DNA from: an uncultured Spirochaetota bacterium
GTDB lineage: Bacteria > Spirochaetota > Spirochaetia > SZUA-6 > Fen-1364
Length of the DNA stretch: 64,000 nucleotides
Direction: 5' to 3'
Assembly (NCBI GenBank): GCA_963745235.1
Contig: CAVUXE010000053.1
Span: 128,001 to 192,000, forward strand
A model generated the notes under the pieces. The model worked only from the letters and a program-made list of their open reading frames with translations. It had not been told where the DNA came from and searched no databases. The translations under genes and the position numbers were made by a program. This document shows, in pieces, positions 1 through 10,488 of this stretch; positions within the stretch are counted from its first letter, which is position 1; every line of letters starts with the position of its first letter.

Positions 1-44
1 CGAAGCTCTTTTCCTCTCCCCGCAAGTATTCCGTCCAGTACGGA

Positions 45-962
45 ATGAACATCGCCGTCAACGCCGCAAGCGGAGACAACACGCTCTACCTCTGGATGCC
101 TCACGTCATCGAGACCCCTGAGCAGACGCGGGTCCAGCTCGTTTCGCAGGACCCGGAGCCCATGGTGGTGAACAACGGGCCCGCGCTGTACGCCCTTTCC
201 AATCTCCAGAAGGGGGGCCGCTACCACATCGGGCTGAGCTGGATGTTCGACCGATACAGCGTGGAGACGCAGGTGAACCCGGCGAAGATCCCTGCCTCCT
301 ATGACACGACAACCGACATGTACCGCCATTTCACCGCCCCGGACGTTCTTGTTCCGGCGTCAAATCCTGATGTGATCAAGGCGGCGGCGGGGATCGTGGG
401 AGGCGAGAAGAACCCGTACTTCAAGGCCCGCCGCATCTACGACTGGATGGTCTCCACGCTCTCGAGCGCTCCATCCACGCAGGAGGGGGATCCCCTGGCG
501 CTGCTGAAGAGCAAAAAGGGAGACGCGTTCTCCTGGTCTTCCCTCTACTGCACGCTCCTTCGATCCGTCGGGGTCCCTGCACGCATGGTGGCCGGCTATC
601 TTGCCGGGGACGCCGGGGAGCCGGCGCATCGGCACTTCTGGGACGAGTTCTACATCGAGTCCTTCGGCTGGGTCCCCGTTGACCCGCTCCTGGCAGCGCA
701 GAAACCGACGGCGGCCAGCCAGGGTCAAAGCCAGGGCCAGGGAACGAGCCTGGATCCGAAGGCGTACTTCTTCGGGAACCTGGACAACCGGCACATAACC
801 CTCACGAAGGGACTCGAGACCGTCAACCAGATGGACCCCCAGGGGAAAACCCAGCTGCATCGGGAGCTGCCGTACCTGCTCACGATCCACGAAGAGGCCG
901 TGGGTAACATCACTTCGTATACGAGCTCTTTTGAGGACCTGGTGGTCAGCGGAACGTATTGA
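45..962 (+). CDS. Transglutaminase-like domain protein (probably 5'-truncated by the window edge)
   Basis: Motifs GDAFSWSSLYCTLLRSVGVPARMVAG, HFWDEFY and GWVPVDP are typical of the transglutaminase-like core; the frame is open back to the window start. Confidence 0.8.
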   Translation: MNIAVNAASGDNTLYLWMPHVIETPEQTRVQLVSQDPEPMVVNNGPALYALSNLQKGGRYHIGLSWMFDRYSVETQVNPAKIPASYDTTTDMYRHFTAPDVLVPASNPDVIKAAAGIVGGEKNPYFKARRIYDWMVSTLSSAPSTQEGDPLALLKSKKGDAFSWSSLYCTLLRSVGVPARMVAGYLAGDAGEPAHRHFWDEFYIESFGWVPVDPLLAAQKPTAASQGQSQGQGTSLDPKAYFFGNLDNRHITLTKGLETVNQMDPQGKTQLHRELPYLLTIHEEAVGNITSYTSSFEDLVVSGTY

Positions 963-965
963 GGG

Positions 966-2198
966 CTACTGCTGGGTAGCGGCCTTGCGGCGGGCGCGTT
1001 CGATTTTTTCCATTTTCCGATAGTACTCGGACTGTTTCTGGATCTCCTCCACGTCCGTGGTGGAGATCTTGTTGTCCGTCAGGACCATGCGTTTATTCTC
1101 GAAGAGCTTTCGCACGATGGGGTTCCCTTTTTCACTCGACAATCCCACCATGTTGAGCAGCTCCTTTGGGCCAAGCTGGAAGGTGTACTTCCCTCCCGCA
1201 GCCACGGGCACCCTGTTTTTCTCCAGTTGCAGGAGCAGCGCGTCGTACAGCTTGCCCAGGGGGTCCTGGATGAGCGTGTTGGCAAGCTGCTTGTAGATGG
1301 TCCACAGCCTTTCGGCAAGGACGGTGGTGAGCTTGGTGATGAGCTGCGGCTGGGTCTGAACCATGCGCTCGAAGTTGGTCTTGTTCACCGCCATCAGCAC
1401 GCAGTCCTCGTTGGCGATTGCCGAAGCGGACCGGGGCTTGTTTTCCAGGAGCGCCATCTCTCCGAAGATGTCACCCGCTTTCAGCATTGCAAGGAGCACT
1501 TCGTTGTCCTCAACGATCTTGGTGATCTTGACCACGCCCTTCTGGAGGATGAACAGCTCCGTCCCGGGCTCGTTCTCACTGAAGATCATCGTGTTCTTCG
1601 GATACGTCCGCGTGAGGTCATCACTCGTCTTGCCGAGGTAGACGGCCTTGGCATAGGGATGGATCTTCGCCATCCGCTCTTTTGCCTTGTCCACGTTGGC
1701 ATCCGTGGGGCAGTGCTGGAGGAACTTGTAGTAGGCGTAGTAGGCCTGGTTGTACTGGCTCTGCCGCGCATAGTACTCGGCCACTTTGAAAAGGTGAGTC
1801 GGATCCCCGCTGGCCGTGTTCTTGAAGGTCAGCCGGGTGAGCGCCTCATCCAGGAACCTCATCTTGCGGGAGAAGCTCTGGATGATCTTCAACGCCACGG
1901 GGGCGTTTCTTTCGATCAGGAGGCCGTATTGCTCGCGGTGCACGGAGATCAGGGAGACGTCGGTGAGGGCAAGCGCCGTTTCGATGTGGCTGTGAGACGA
2001 CATGGTGGAAATAACGCCGAAAAAGTCACCCGGAGCCAGGAGGTTGCCCCCTTCCTCCTCCACGACCTCCACTTCCTTGCTGATGCGGACCTTGCCGCTG
2101 CGGATGATGTAGAAGTACTCCGCCCTCTGCTTCCCCTCGACGATGATATACGAGTTACGGTTGAAGTTGACAATCGAGAGTTGCAGGGGGCTGGCCAT
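966..2198 (-). CDS. Crp/Fnr-like protein with two cyclic-nucleotide-binding domains and a central TPR-like segment
   Basis: Two cNMP signatures (FYIIRSGKVRI...GDFFGVI and LFILQKGVVKI...GDIFGEMALLENKPRSASAIA); start taken at MASPLQ. Confidence 0.85.
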   Translation of the reverse strand: MASPLQLSIVNFNRNSYIIVEGKQRAEYFYIIRSGKVRISKEVEVVEEEGGNLLAPGDFFGVISTMSSHSHIETALALTDVSLISVHREQYGLLIERNAPVALKIIQSFSRKMRFLDEALTRLTFKNTASGDPTHLFKVAEYYARQSQYNQAYYAYYKFLQHCPTDANVDKAKERMAKIHPYAKAVYLGKTSDDLTRTYPKNTMIFSENEPGTELFILQKGVVKITKIVEDNEVLLAMLKAGDIFGEMALLENKPRSASAIANEDCVLMAVNKTNFERMVQTQPQLITKLTTVLAERLWTIYKQLANTLIQDPLGKLYDALLLQLEKNRVPVAAGGKYTFQLGPKELLNMVGLSSEKGNPIVRKLFENKRMVLTDNKISTTDVEEIQKQSEYYRKMEKIERARRKAATQQ

Positions 2199-2358
2199 GC
2201 TATCTACCGTTTTTCCGGTATCAGTATATGGATCGGGTTTTCGGTTGTCAATGTGAAGCAGGACAGCGTTCGACGGTACCGGGGAAAGGGGAGAACGCGA
2301 TACGGTGCGGGGCGCTCGTGTTGGCGCAGGAACCGGGTCTCTGGTATAGTGGGCTTCC

Positions 2359-2931
2359 ATGCGTGACGACGAGCATCTCCGCTGGAAAGAGCTTTCTCGC
2401 AGGCGCGTCACCTCGCATTCCCTCTTCGACCTTCACGTCTCGGAGCGTACGTCGACGCAGGGTGCGCGGGGAGAGTTTCTCATCCTGAGCGCCCCGGACT
2501 GGGTCAACGTGGTGGCCGTCGTGCCCGACGCCGCTGGAGAGGAATGCTTTCTCATGGTCCGACAGTACCGTCATGGCGCGAATGTCATCACGACGGAGTT
2601 CCCTGCCGGCCTGATCGAAACAGGAGAGGACCCGCGCGCGGCAGCGCTTCGCGAGCTCCGCGAGGAGACGGGCTACAGGGCGGGACGGATGACACTCATC
2701 GGCAAGGTGAGCCCCAATCCGGCTTTCATGACGAACTGGTGCTTCACCTACCTCGCGGAGGAGCTGTCCCAGGTCGGGGAAAAATCCCTGGACGATCTGG
2801 AACAGCTGGAGGCAGTGCAGGTGCCCGTGCGGCTCGTCCGGGAAGAGATCGGCACCGGAGAGCTCATCAATTCGCTCGTCATGGTGGCTTTCCTCTGGTA
2901 TACTCGGGCAAGAGCAAAAGACCGAATATGA
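2359..2931 (+). CDS. NUDIX hydrolase (ADP-ribose pyrophosphatase-like)
   Basis: Nudix box GLIETGEDPRAAALRELREETGY; MVRQYRH and EFPAG motifs. Confidence 0.9.
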   Translation: MRDDEHLRWKELSRRRVTSHSLFDLHVSERTSTQGARGEFLILSAPDWVNVVAVVPDAAGEECFLMVRQYRHGANVITTEFPAGLIETGEDPRAAALRELREETGYRAGRMTLIGKVSPNPAFMTNWCFTYLAEELSQVGEKSLDDLEQLEAVQVPVRLVREEIGTGELINSLVMVAFLWYTRARAKDRI

Positions 2932-3959
2932 AAGTGCGCCTGACCAGGCCATTCAGGGTCGCCCTTGAGCTCGCCGTCCTCGCGCTCCTTGTCCTTCTGT
3001 TCGTGAAGGTCCTGGATGTGCGGCAGCTTCGCAAGTACATCGAGCTGATCACCCCGCAGGTCGTGACAGGCATTCTCATTTTTCAGCTTGCCATTCTCGT
3101 TGTCCAGACCTTCCAGTGGGGGCTCATTCTGCGGGAGGCCGGGATCTATCGCGGATTCTGGTGGACCTTTTTTTCGCGCGTGAGCGGCTTTGCGCTCACC
3201 TACCTGACCCCGTCGATGTATTTCGGTGGAGAACCGGTCCGGGCAGGCCTCTACAAGGACAGCGGCATGAGCTATCAGAAGGTGTACGCTACGATAGCGC
3301 TGGACAAATACGTGGAGCTCGGGGCAAAAATCCCCTGCATCGTCGTTGGGTTCTCCCTGCTCGTGTACTTCGCCCACACGGGCACCGTGCTCATATTCGT
3401 CGCGGGCGCCATCATCCTCGTTTTGATCGGGTTTTTCCTTTTGCTTATCGTGAAGCTTTTCAGCAGCCGCACGTTCATCGTCACTTCCTTCAAGCGGATC
3501 CTGTGGCCGCTGGCCCGCGTCAATCCGCGGCTCGCGGTGAAGGTGGTTCGCTCAATGAGGGAGTTTGCCGTGGATGTCCATGAGATCATCCGCAGCAGGA
3601 GGATCTTCTACCTGGCCATGGCCGCTGGCGTCGTTGTGGCGCTGGTGGAGGTCCTGCAGACCTGGTACATCCTTTTCGTTCTGGGCCACCCGAGCCTGCC
3701 CAATTCCTTCGTGATCTTCTCAACCGTAGTGATCCAGGGGCTCATCGGGCTCCTGCCCGGAAACATCGGCGGGATGGAGGGGACTCATCTTTTCATCTTC
3801 AACCTGCTGCGAATCGGCTCCAACGCGAGCCTCGTGTACACCATCATCCTTCGTCTCGGCCAGATGGCCATGGTCATGCTCGGGTTGGGTTTTATTCTCC
3901 TGTGGCGGCTGGAAAAAGAGCGGGTTCGAGGCGCCGATCGGAATCGAACCGATGTATAA
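2928..3959 (+). CDS. Lysylphosphatidylglycerol synthase TM-domain (flippase-like) membrane protein
   Basis: Hydrophobic protein with LTPSMYFGGEPVR and LPGNIGGMEG motifs; ATG overlaps the NUDIX stop (ATGA). Confidence 0.8.
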   Translation: MKVRLTRPFRVALELAVLALLVLLFVKVLDVRQLRKYIELITPQVVTGILIFQLAILVVQTFQWGLILREAGIYRGFWWTFFSRVSGFALTYLTPSMYFGGEPVRAGLYKDSGMSYQKVYATIALDKYVELGAKIPCIVVGFSLLVYFAHTGTVLIFVAGAIILVLIGFFLLLIVKLFSSRTFIVTSFKRILWPLARVNPRLAVKVVRSMREFAVDVHEIIRSRRIFYLAMAAGVVVALVEVLQTWYILFVLGHPSLPNSFVIFSTVVIQGLIGLLPGNIGGMEGTHLFIFNLLRIGSNASLVYTIILRLGQMAMVMLGLGFILLWRLEKERVRGADRNRTDV

Positions 3960-4058
3960 AGGTTTTGCAGACCTCTCCCTTACCACTTGGGTACGGCGCC
4001 TTGACGGTCTCCGGTCTGGGGGAACACTACTGAATACGGAAGGATTTGTCCAGAAGGC

Positions 4059-4901
4059 ATGGTAAGCATCATCATTCCGACGTACAACGAGGCGGAGTAT
4101 CTCCCCCGGCTCCTGAAAAGCATCAAGGCGCAGGACTACCGCGACTGTGAGATCATCGTGGCGGACAACTCTTCTCGAGATGGGACGCGCCGCATTGCGC
4201 GCGCCCACGGCGCCCGCGTGGTGGCCGGCGGGGTGCCGGGCATCGGCCGGAACCGAGGGGCGCAGGCCGCCCGGGGGGAGTTCCTGCTCTTCGTGGATGC
4301 GGATACCGTGCTGCCGGAGGGGTTCCTTTCAAGCATCATGGCGCGATTCGAGAAGGATTTCATTGACATCTGCGTTCCCTGGATACGCCCCATCGACGGA
4401 ACCAATCCCATCTACCGCACCATTTTCCAGTTCAGTAATACCTTCTTCAAGCTCATGGAGGTCATCCAGCCGCAGGGGCTCGGCGTGTGCATCCTCACCA
4501 CACGCAGGCTGCACGCCAGGATAGGCGGCTTTTCGGAGAAGGTGCGCGTGTCCGAGGATTTCGACTATATCAACCGGGCATCCCTCGTGGGCCGCTTCCG
4601 CGTCTACAGCCATGTGTACGTCTACCATTCCGTTCGGCGCTACCAGGCGGAGGGAGTCGGGAGCCTCGTGCAGAAACAGTTCAAGAGCGGGTTCATCTAC
4701 CTTTTCACCGGGAAAGCATACGACACGGAGAACTACGAGTTCGGCACGTTTTCCCGCAACGGGCCGGAGGGCGCGGAGGTGAAGAAGCTCCTTGCCTCCA
4801 TTGATCGTCAAAGCAGGCGGCTGCGGACCCAGATCGAGAAACTGGACGGGAAGGCCGCCGGTTCCAACCATCAGCGATCGTCAGGAAAGAGACGCTCGTA
4901 G
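4059..4901 (+). CDS. Glycosyltransferase family 2
   Basis: VSIIIPTYNE start, ADNSSRDGT, FVDAD (DxD) and SEDFDY motifs. Confidence 0.9.
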   Translation: MVSIIIPTYNEAEYLPRLLKSIKAQDYRDCEIIVADNSSRDGTRRIARAHGARVVAGGVPGIGRNRGAQAARGEFLLFVDADTVLPEGFLSSIMARFEKDFIDICVPWIRPIDGTNPIYRTIFQFSNTFFKLMEVIQPQGLGVCILTTRRLHARIGGFSEKVRVSEDFDYINRASLVGRFRVYSHVYVYHSVRRYQAEGVGSLVQKQFKSGFIYLFTGKAYDTENYEFGTFSRNGPEGAEVKKLLASIDRQSRRLRTQIEKLDGKAAGSNHQRSSGKRRS

Positions 4902-4980
4902 TCCGGAGCTGCCGCCGCGACACCGTGCCGGCCGCTTTGCTTGACTTCGCGCAGTGCTCTTCCTATCATTTGCGCAGACT

Positions 4981-6207
4981 ATGGACAGCGCGCGTCTTCA
5001 GGAACCTCCGCACGGCGGTTTCAGCCAGGGGCCGCCGCGGTCAGGGGGAGGCGCTGGACGCGGCCGAATCTCTGCCAGGCGGGTGAGAGATGCCTTGAGC
5101 GCGTACCTCTTCATCGGCCCTTCAGCCCTGATCATCGCAGTCTTTGGAATATTCCCGCTCTTCTTCACTCTTTACATCAGCCTGTTCAAATGGCGGCTCA
5201 CGCGGGGCGGGTTCGTGGGACCTGGCAACTATGAGACGCTCTTCGGCGCGAACCCGTTGCCGATCCTCGCCCTTGCGGCCTCCATCATCGGCATCGCAGT
5301 TGCCGCCTTTCTCCTCCGGCAGGCCACCGCAGGGCGCCGGGTGGGGGGGCTGGCCCTCCTTGCCGCCTCCGTGGCAGGGCTCGCCCTGTCGCTGCCCCTC
5401 GTGGCATCCCAGGGAGACGGGGAGGTCTTTGATTCGCTTCGCGTCACCATCTGGTACGCCATTCTGACGGTTCCGGTGCAGCTCGCACTTGGCCTGGCTA
5501 TTGCGATGCTCCTCACCCGAAAGATACGCGGGAGACAGACGTTCCGAGTCCTGTACCTTCTCCCCTACATTGCTCCTACCGTCGCGACGGCGTCGATTTT
5601 CGAGCTGCTCTTTTCGCTGAGGCCCGACTCGTTCGCGAACCAGCTCATCGGGCTTGCCGGGGCGCGTCCCCTGCAATGGCTGCAGGAGCCCCGCGGCATC
5701 ATTCCGCTCCTTTTCGGCATGAGCGCGCCGCAGCCGTCAGGCGTTGTCTCCTCGTACTGGATGGGATGGGCGCAGGGCCCGAGCCTCGCGCTCGTGTCCA
5801 TTGTCTTCTTCAGCTGGTGGGTGTTCGTTGGCTATTACGCCCTGATCTACATCAACGGGCTCGGCTCGATCCCCCGTCAACTCTACGAGGCCGCCGAGGT
5901 TGATGGCGCGGGGAAGGTCCGCAGTTTTTTTTCCGTCACTCTCCCCCTGCTGTCCCCGACCACCTATTTCCTTACGCTCCTCGGGGTCATCGGGACGTTC
6001 AAGGCCTTCACGCATCTCTACGTGCTGCGGACCGCTGCCGCCGCGCAGACCGCTGACCCCATCAGCGTCCAGATATTCTTCACGTTTTTCCGCAAGGCCC
6101 AGCTCGGCTACGCCTCGGCAACCTCAATCGTGCTCTTTCTGATCGTGCTGGGGCTGACGCTGATCCAGCAGAGGACCCTCGAAAGGCGTGTCACGTATGG
6201 GGACTGA
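4981..6207 (+). CDS. Carbohydrate ABC transporter permease
   Basis: EAA loop LYEAAEVDGAGKVRSFFSVTLPLL; multiple TM helices. Confidence 0.9.
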   Translation: MDSARLQEPPHGGFSQGPPRSGGGAGRGRISARRVRDALSAYLFIGPSALIIAVFGIFPLFFTLYISLFKWRLTRGGFVGPGNYETLFGANPLPILALAASIIGIAVAAFLLRQATAGRRVGGLALLAASVAGLALSLPLVASQGDGEVFDSLRVTIWYAILTVPVQLALGLAIAMLLTRKIRGRQTFRVLYLLPYIAPTVATASIFELLFSLRPDSFANQLIGLAGARPLQWLQEPRGIIPLLFGMSAPQPSGVVSSYWMGWAQGPSLALVSIVFFSWWVFVGYYALIYINGLGSIPRQLYEAAEVDGAGKVRSFFSVTLPLLSPTTYFLTLLGVIGTFKAFTHLYVLRTAAAAQTADPISVQIFFTFFRKAQLGYASATSIVLFLIVLGLTLIQQRTLERRVTYGD

Positions 6208-7087
6208 GGATGGCATGCCCCTGCGCGGGAAACAGGGGCCGCGGCATCCCCGGCTCACCGCGGGCAGGGTGATCCTGTATGCGGTCCTGGCGCTCGGCGG
6301 GTTTGCCTGCGTCCTTCCGTTCCTCTCGATGGCGAGCACGGCCCTGAAGTCTTCCGCCGAAACGATCACTCGTGTCAGCCCGCTGCCCTTTTCACCCGAT
6401 TTCTGGCCAAGCGTTTTTCGATGGGCCAACTTCGAGGAGGCGTGGACGCGTGCAAGCTTCAGCCTCTATTTCCGCAACAGCCTCATCACGGCTGCCGTGA
6501 CGGTGGCGGGGGTGGTCGTGACCTCCAGCCTTGCGGCATACGCTTTCGCGAAGATCCGATTTCCGGGATCCCGGTCGGCGTTTGCGGTCCTGCTGGCGAC
6601 GCTCATCATCCCCGAAAGCGTCTACCTCGTTCCCAACTTCATCATCGTGACGCGCCTGGGATGGTATGACTCGCTGGCCGCGCTCACCGTGCCGTTCATG
6701 GCGAGCGCTTTCTACATTTTCCTCCTGCGGCAGTTCTTCGCGCAGGTTCCGAACGAGCTGGTGGAGAGCGCCCGCATCGACGGCGCCGGGCACGCGAGGT
6801 CTCTGGTTTCCATCGTCCTTCCCCTTTCCGGAGCGCCTCTGTTCACGGTGGCGTTCCTTGCCTTCATCGGCTCGTGGAACTCGCTGCAGTGGCCGCTTGT
6901 TGCCACGCGCACTCCGCGGTGGCGGCCCATCACGGTCGGCCTGACCACCTTCATCTCGGATGCGGGGCCCGAGAACCAGCTCATCATGGCGGGGGCCGTC
7001 ATAGCGATCCTCCCCGTGGTCCTCCTGTACTTCCTTGCGCAAAAACAGTTCACCGAGGCCATTGCCAGGAGCGGGATAAAGGGGTGA
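6197..7087 (+). CDS. Carbohydrate ABC transporter permease
   Basis: ELVESARIDGAG EAA loop; YFRNSL and WNSLQWPL motifs. Confidence 0.9.
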   Translation: MGTEDGMPLRGKQGPRHPRLTAGRVILYAVLALGGFACVLPFLSMASTALKSSAETITRVSPLPFSPDFWPSVFRWANFEEAWTRASFSLYFRNSLITAAVTVAGVVVTSSLAAYAFAKIRFPGSRSAFAVLLATLIIPESVYLVPNFIIVTRLGWYDSLAALTVPFMASAFYIFLLRQFFAQVPNELVESARIDGAGHARSLVSIVLPLSGAPLFTVAFLAFIGSWNSLQWPLVATRTPRWRPITVGLTTFISDAGPENQLIMAGAVIAILPVVLLYFLAQKQFTEAIARSGIKG

Positions 7088-7088
7088 G

Positions 7089-8405
7089 ATGAAAGGAATG
7101 AAGATGCGGAAGCTTATGCTGGCCCTGGCGGCGCTGTTTGGGCTCACTGTCGTTCAGGCGCAGGCTGATTCTCTTCGCGGGGTGGATCCCTCGGGTGCCC
7201 GCATCACGTTCTGGTACCAGCACTCCGGGGATCGTGACAAGGCCATGCAGGGCATGCTGGAGGAGTTCAACCGCACGAACCCGTGGAAGATCACGGTCCG
7301 CGGGGAGTATGCCGGACCCTACGACCAGATCTACAACAAGATGGTTGCGGCGCTCGCTGCCGGAAGGCCGCCCGAGCTGGTGGTTGCCTACCAGAACCAG
7401 GCCGCCACGTACGGGGACGCGCTTGTTGACCTGGATCCCTACGTCCACGACCCGACGTGGGGGATCGGGGCGGATCTCGGGGACTTCTTCGCGGGGTTCA
7501 TCAACCAGGACGTCTCCGCGCAGCTGGGAGGCAAGAGACTCGGATTTCCCCCCAACCGATCCATCGAGGTGCTGTACTACGACGAGTCGATGTTGAAACG
7601 GGCGGGCATCAGCGCGGCGCCTCGCACGTGGGACGAGTTCGCCACAGACTGTCGCCGGGTCACCAGCGGCGCGCGTGACTCGTACGGCTACGCCCTGGAC
7701 AGCCTGGACGCTTCGCACATTTTTGCTTTTGTCATCTCACGCGGGGGACGCATCACGACGCCTGACGGAAAGGGGTATGCGCTGGACTCACCGCAAATGA
7801 AGGATACGATGCTTTTCATGCGGGGCCTGGTGGCCGGCGGATGGGCGCGCAAGATCGCCAGGAAGTTCGACGATCAGAGCGAGTTCGGAAATGCAAAGAG
7901 CGCATTCACCATGGGTTCCACCTCCGGCCTGACCTTCTACGCGAGCGCCGTGAAGGCGGGCAGCAACGGCCCATTTGCCTGGAACATCGCCCCCATTCCG
8001 CAGTCCAGCGTATCCGGCCCGCCGGCCATCGACCTGTACGGGGCCAGCGTGAGCGTTCCGAAGACGACTCCGCAGAAGCAGCTTGCCGCATGGCTTTTCA
8101 TCAGGTGGTTTTCCGAGCCGAAGCAGCAGGCGGCGTGGACGCACGTCTCCCTCTACTTCCCCGTGCGGAAGTCAGCCGAGCCTTTGATCCGGGACATCCT
8201 TGCCTCGGATCCCCGCTTCGCCGTCGCGTGGGAGCTGCTCAAGAAGGCAGACCTTCGCTCCGAGCCTCCGTTTGCCGGCTATGACCTCGTGCGAGACGCT
8301 ATCAGCGCCGCGTACAACAGGGTTCTCGATGGCGCGGACGCGGACTCCACTCTGAAGGACCTGCAGGCCCAGGCCCAGAGGATCCTGAAAGACTCCTCCC
8401 CGTGA
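7089..8405 (+). CDS. ABC transporter substrate-binding protein (family 1, UgpB/MalE-like)
   Basis: Signal peptide, ITFWYQH, PRTWDEF and AAWLFIRWF motifs; operonic with the permeases. Confidence 0.9.
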   Translation: MKGMKMRKLMLALAALFGLTVVQAQADSLRGVDPSGARITFWYQHSGDRDKAMQGMLEEFNRTNPWKITVRGEYAGPYDQIYNKMVAALAAGRPPELVVAYQNQAATYGDALVDLDPYVHDPTWGIGADLGDFFAGFINQDVSAQLGGKRLGFPPNRSIEVLYYDESMLKRAGISAAPRTWDEFATDCRRVTSGARDSYGYALDSLDASHIFAFVISRGGRITTPDGKGYALDSPQMKDTMLFMRGLVAGGWARKIARKFDDQSEFGNAKSAFTMGSTSGLTFYASAVKAGSNGPFAWNIAPIPQSSVSGPPAIDLYGASVSVPKTTPQKQLAAWLFIRWFSEPKQQAAWTHVSLYFPVRKSAEPLIRDILASDPRFAVAWELLKKADLRSEPPFAGYDLVRDAISAAYNRVLDGADADSTLKDLQAQAQRILKDSSP

Positions 8406-8406
8406 T

Positions 8407-8910
8407 CTATTTCAAAGCCGCGGCAAGGGCCCTTTCATAGGACGGCTCCTTCTCGATCTCCGGCACCTGCTCCGTGTAAAGGACCTTGTTGTGCTCGTCG
8501 AGAACAACGACAGCGCGCGAGAGCAGGCCGGCAAGAGGCCCGTCGACGATCTCCACTCCATAGGCGGTGCCAAAGTCCTTGGTCCTCATCTGGGACAGGG
8601 TCACCATGCTCGTGATTCCTTCGCCCGCGCAGAAGCGATTCTGCGCAAAGGGCAGGTCGTTGCTGATGGTCAGCACGACCACGTTCTGCAGGTCCGCAGC
8701 TTCGGCATCGAACCGTCGCGCCGAAGCCGCGCAGACACCTGTATCCAGGCTCGGCACGATGTTGAGAATCTTGCGTTTCGCCCCAAAGCTCGCGAGACTG
8801 ACGTCTGTCAGGTCCGACCGTGTGAGCCTGAAATCAGGCGCCCGTGATCCGATTGCCGGCAGTCTCCCTCGAGTCTGTATGGCCTTCCCCTTGTGGATGA
8901 TCTCCGCCAT
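8407..8910 (-). CDS. tpx: Thiol peroxidase
   Basis: VPSLDTGVC, DLPFAQNRFC and LLSRAVVVLD motifs. Confidence 0.95.
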   Translation of the reverse strand: MAEIIHKGKAIQTRGRLPAIGSRAPDFRLTRSDLTDVSLASFGAKRKILNIVPSLDTGVCAASARRFDAEAADLQNVVVLTISNDLPFAQNRFCAGEGITSMVTLSQMRTKDFGTAYGVEIVDGPLAGLLSRAVVVLDEHNKVLYTEQVPEIEKEPSYERALAAALK

Positions 8911-8993
8911 GGAAACTCTCCTTGTATCAAAGGTACCGGCGCGCCTCCGGGAGGGTCAAGAAAAGCCCCCAACCGAACGGAAAAAGATAGACG

Positions 8994-9023
8994 TTGACAA
9001 CTGGCTTTTTTCCTGCATAAAAT
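8994..9023 (+). promoter_or_regulatory. Sigma70-like promoter of the small Zn-binding protein
   Basis: TTGACA-18-TAAAAT. Confidence 0.65.
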
Positions 9024-9133
9024 CTCTAGGTTGCGGCTTGGCAGCCTGGTTGGGCGGGTCACGCGCACGTCCCTATCGCGCTTGCGCGATGTCGGACGTT
9101 GCGGGTGCCTGGTTGAGGATGGGAGGAGGAAAA

Positions 9134-9304
9134 TTGGAGAAAGTGCAGAAGAGAGAGGGGCTCGTCTGCGTCTGCGCGGAATGCAAAAAGGTGATCAAGG
9201 TTGTCGGCAAGGTGGCTGCGGATTCGGCTCCCGCGGTGAGCCACGGGATCTGTCCCGAATGTGCAGAGCGCCTGTACGGCAGCCTGTTCAAGAAGCCCGG
9301 CTAG
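9134..9304 (+). CDS. Small (56 aa) Cys-rich putative Zn-binding protein
   Basis: Strong SD GGAGGAGG before TTG; CVCAECKK...SHGICPEC motif pair. Confidence 0.75.
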   Translation: MEKVQKREGLVCVCAECKKVIKVVGKVAADSAPAVSHGICPECAERLYGSLFKKPG

Positions 9305-9319
9305 AAAGTCGGACCCCTG

Positions 9320-10448
9320 TCAGACTACCCGGCGGGGGAGAAGCGGGCTGATGCGGGCTACGATCTCGTAGTTGATTGTTCCCGCCCACTCACCCATCGT
9401 CTCCGCGGTAATCCGCTCCTCTCCCGAGCTCCCCAGGAGCACGACCTCGTCCTCCAGGTGCGCTCCGGGAACGTCGGTGAGATCAACCATGCAGAGGTTC
9501 ATGCAGATCCTTCCGATGACCGCTGCCCGCCGGCCATGGACCAGCACGTGCGCCCTGTTCCCCAGCGCCCGGTCGTAGCCGTCGGCATAGCCGATGGGCA
9601 GTACCCCCAGCAGCGTCTTGCGGGTTGTTCGATAAGAGCACCCGTATCCGACATAGCTCCCTTCGGGAAGCGTCTTGATCTGCACGATCCTTGTCTTCCA
9701 GGAGAGGGCGGGGCGGAAGTCCACCGGGGTTCCCTTCTCCCTGACGGAGACGAAGGTCTCTCGTGAGGGCCACAGGCCGTAGAGACCAATGCCGGTGCGC
9801 AGCATCGTGAAGTGGGTGGAGGGGAACAGCAAGGCGGCGGCGGTGCAGGCCGTGTGGACCCAGGGGAGCCGGCCGGCTGATTCCTTCCACGCATTTCACC
9901 GCTGACTGGAAGCGCTCTATCTGCAGCCTGGCGTAGTCGTGGTTCAGCGTGTCCTCGATATTCGCGAAGTGCGTGGAAAGGCCCTCCAGGGCGACGTTGC
10001 GTGCGCCCTTCACCATGCGGATGAAGTCGGGGATTTCATCCGGCAGGATTCCCTGCCGACCGGTCCCCGTGTCGACCTTGATGTGGACGCGGGCCGCCGC
10101 CGGCAGGGGCGGCATGGCGGAAATCTTCTCGATGGTCTCGCGATTGTACACGGTCAGCGCAAGCTCCGCCTCGATGGCTGTCCCCAGCTCCGCAAGGGGT
10201 ACGTGACCCAGGAGGAGGATGGGCTTCTTGACGCCCAAGGTCCGAAGCTCGAGGCCTTCTTCCAGAGAATTGACCCCCAACCATTCCGCGGATGCGAGCA
10301 GGGGCGCAACCTGCGCCACACCGTGGCCGTATGCGTTCGATTTTACGACGGCGCACGCAGCAGTGCCGGGTGCACTTCCCTTTCGGATTTCCTCCAGGTT
10401 GTGCGATAGAGACTTCCCGTCGATCTCCACCCAGACAAGGCTGCTCAT
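9320..10448 (-). CDS. alr: Alanine racemase (split by a +1 indel near 9870-9877)
   Basis: AVVKSNAYGHG PLP-lysine motif, HIKVDTG; C-terminal PIGYADG, GRICMN and GTINYE in the second frame. Confidence 0.93.
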
Positions 10449-10488
10449 TGATCCTCCGCCGTGACGGAGGATAGTATGGACGACCGGC

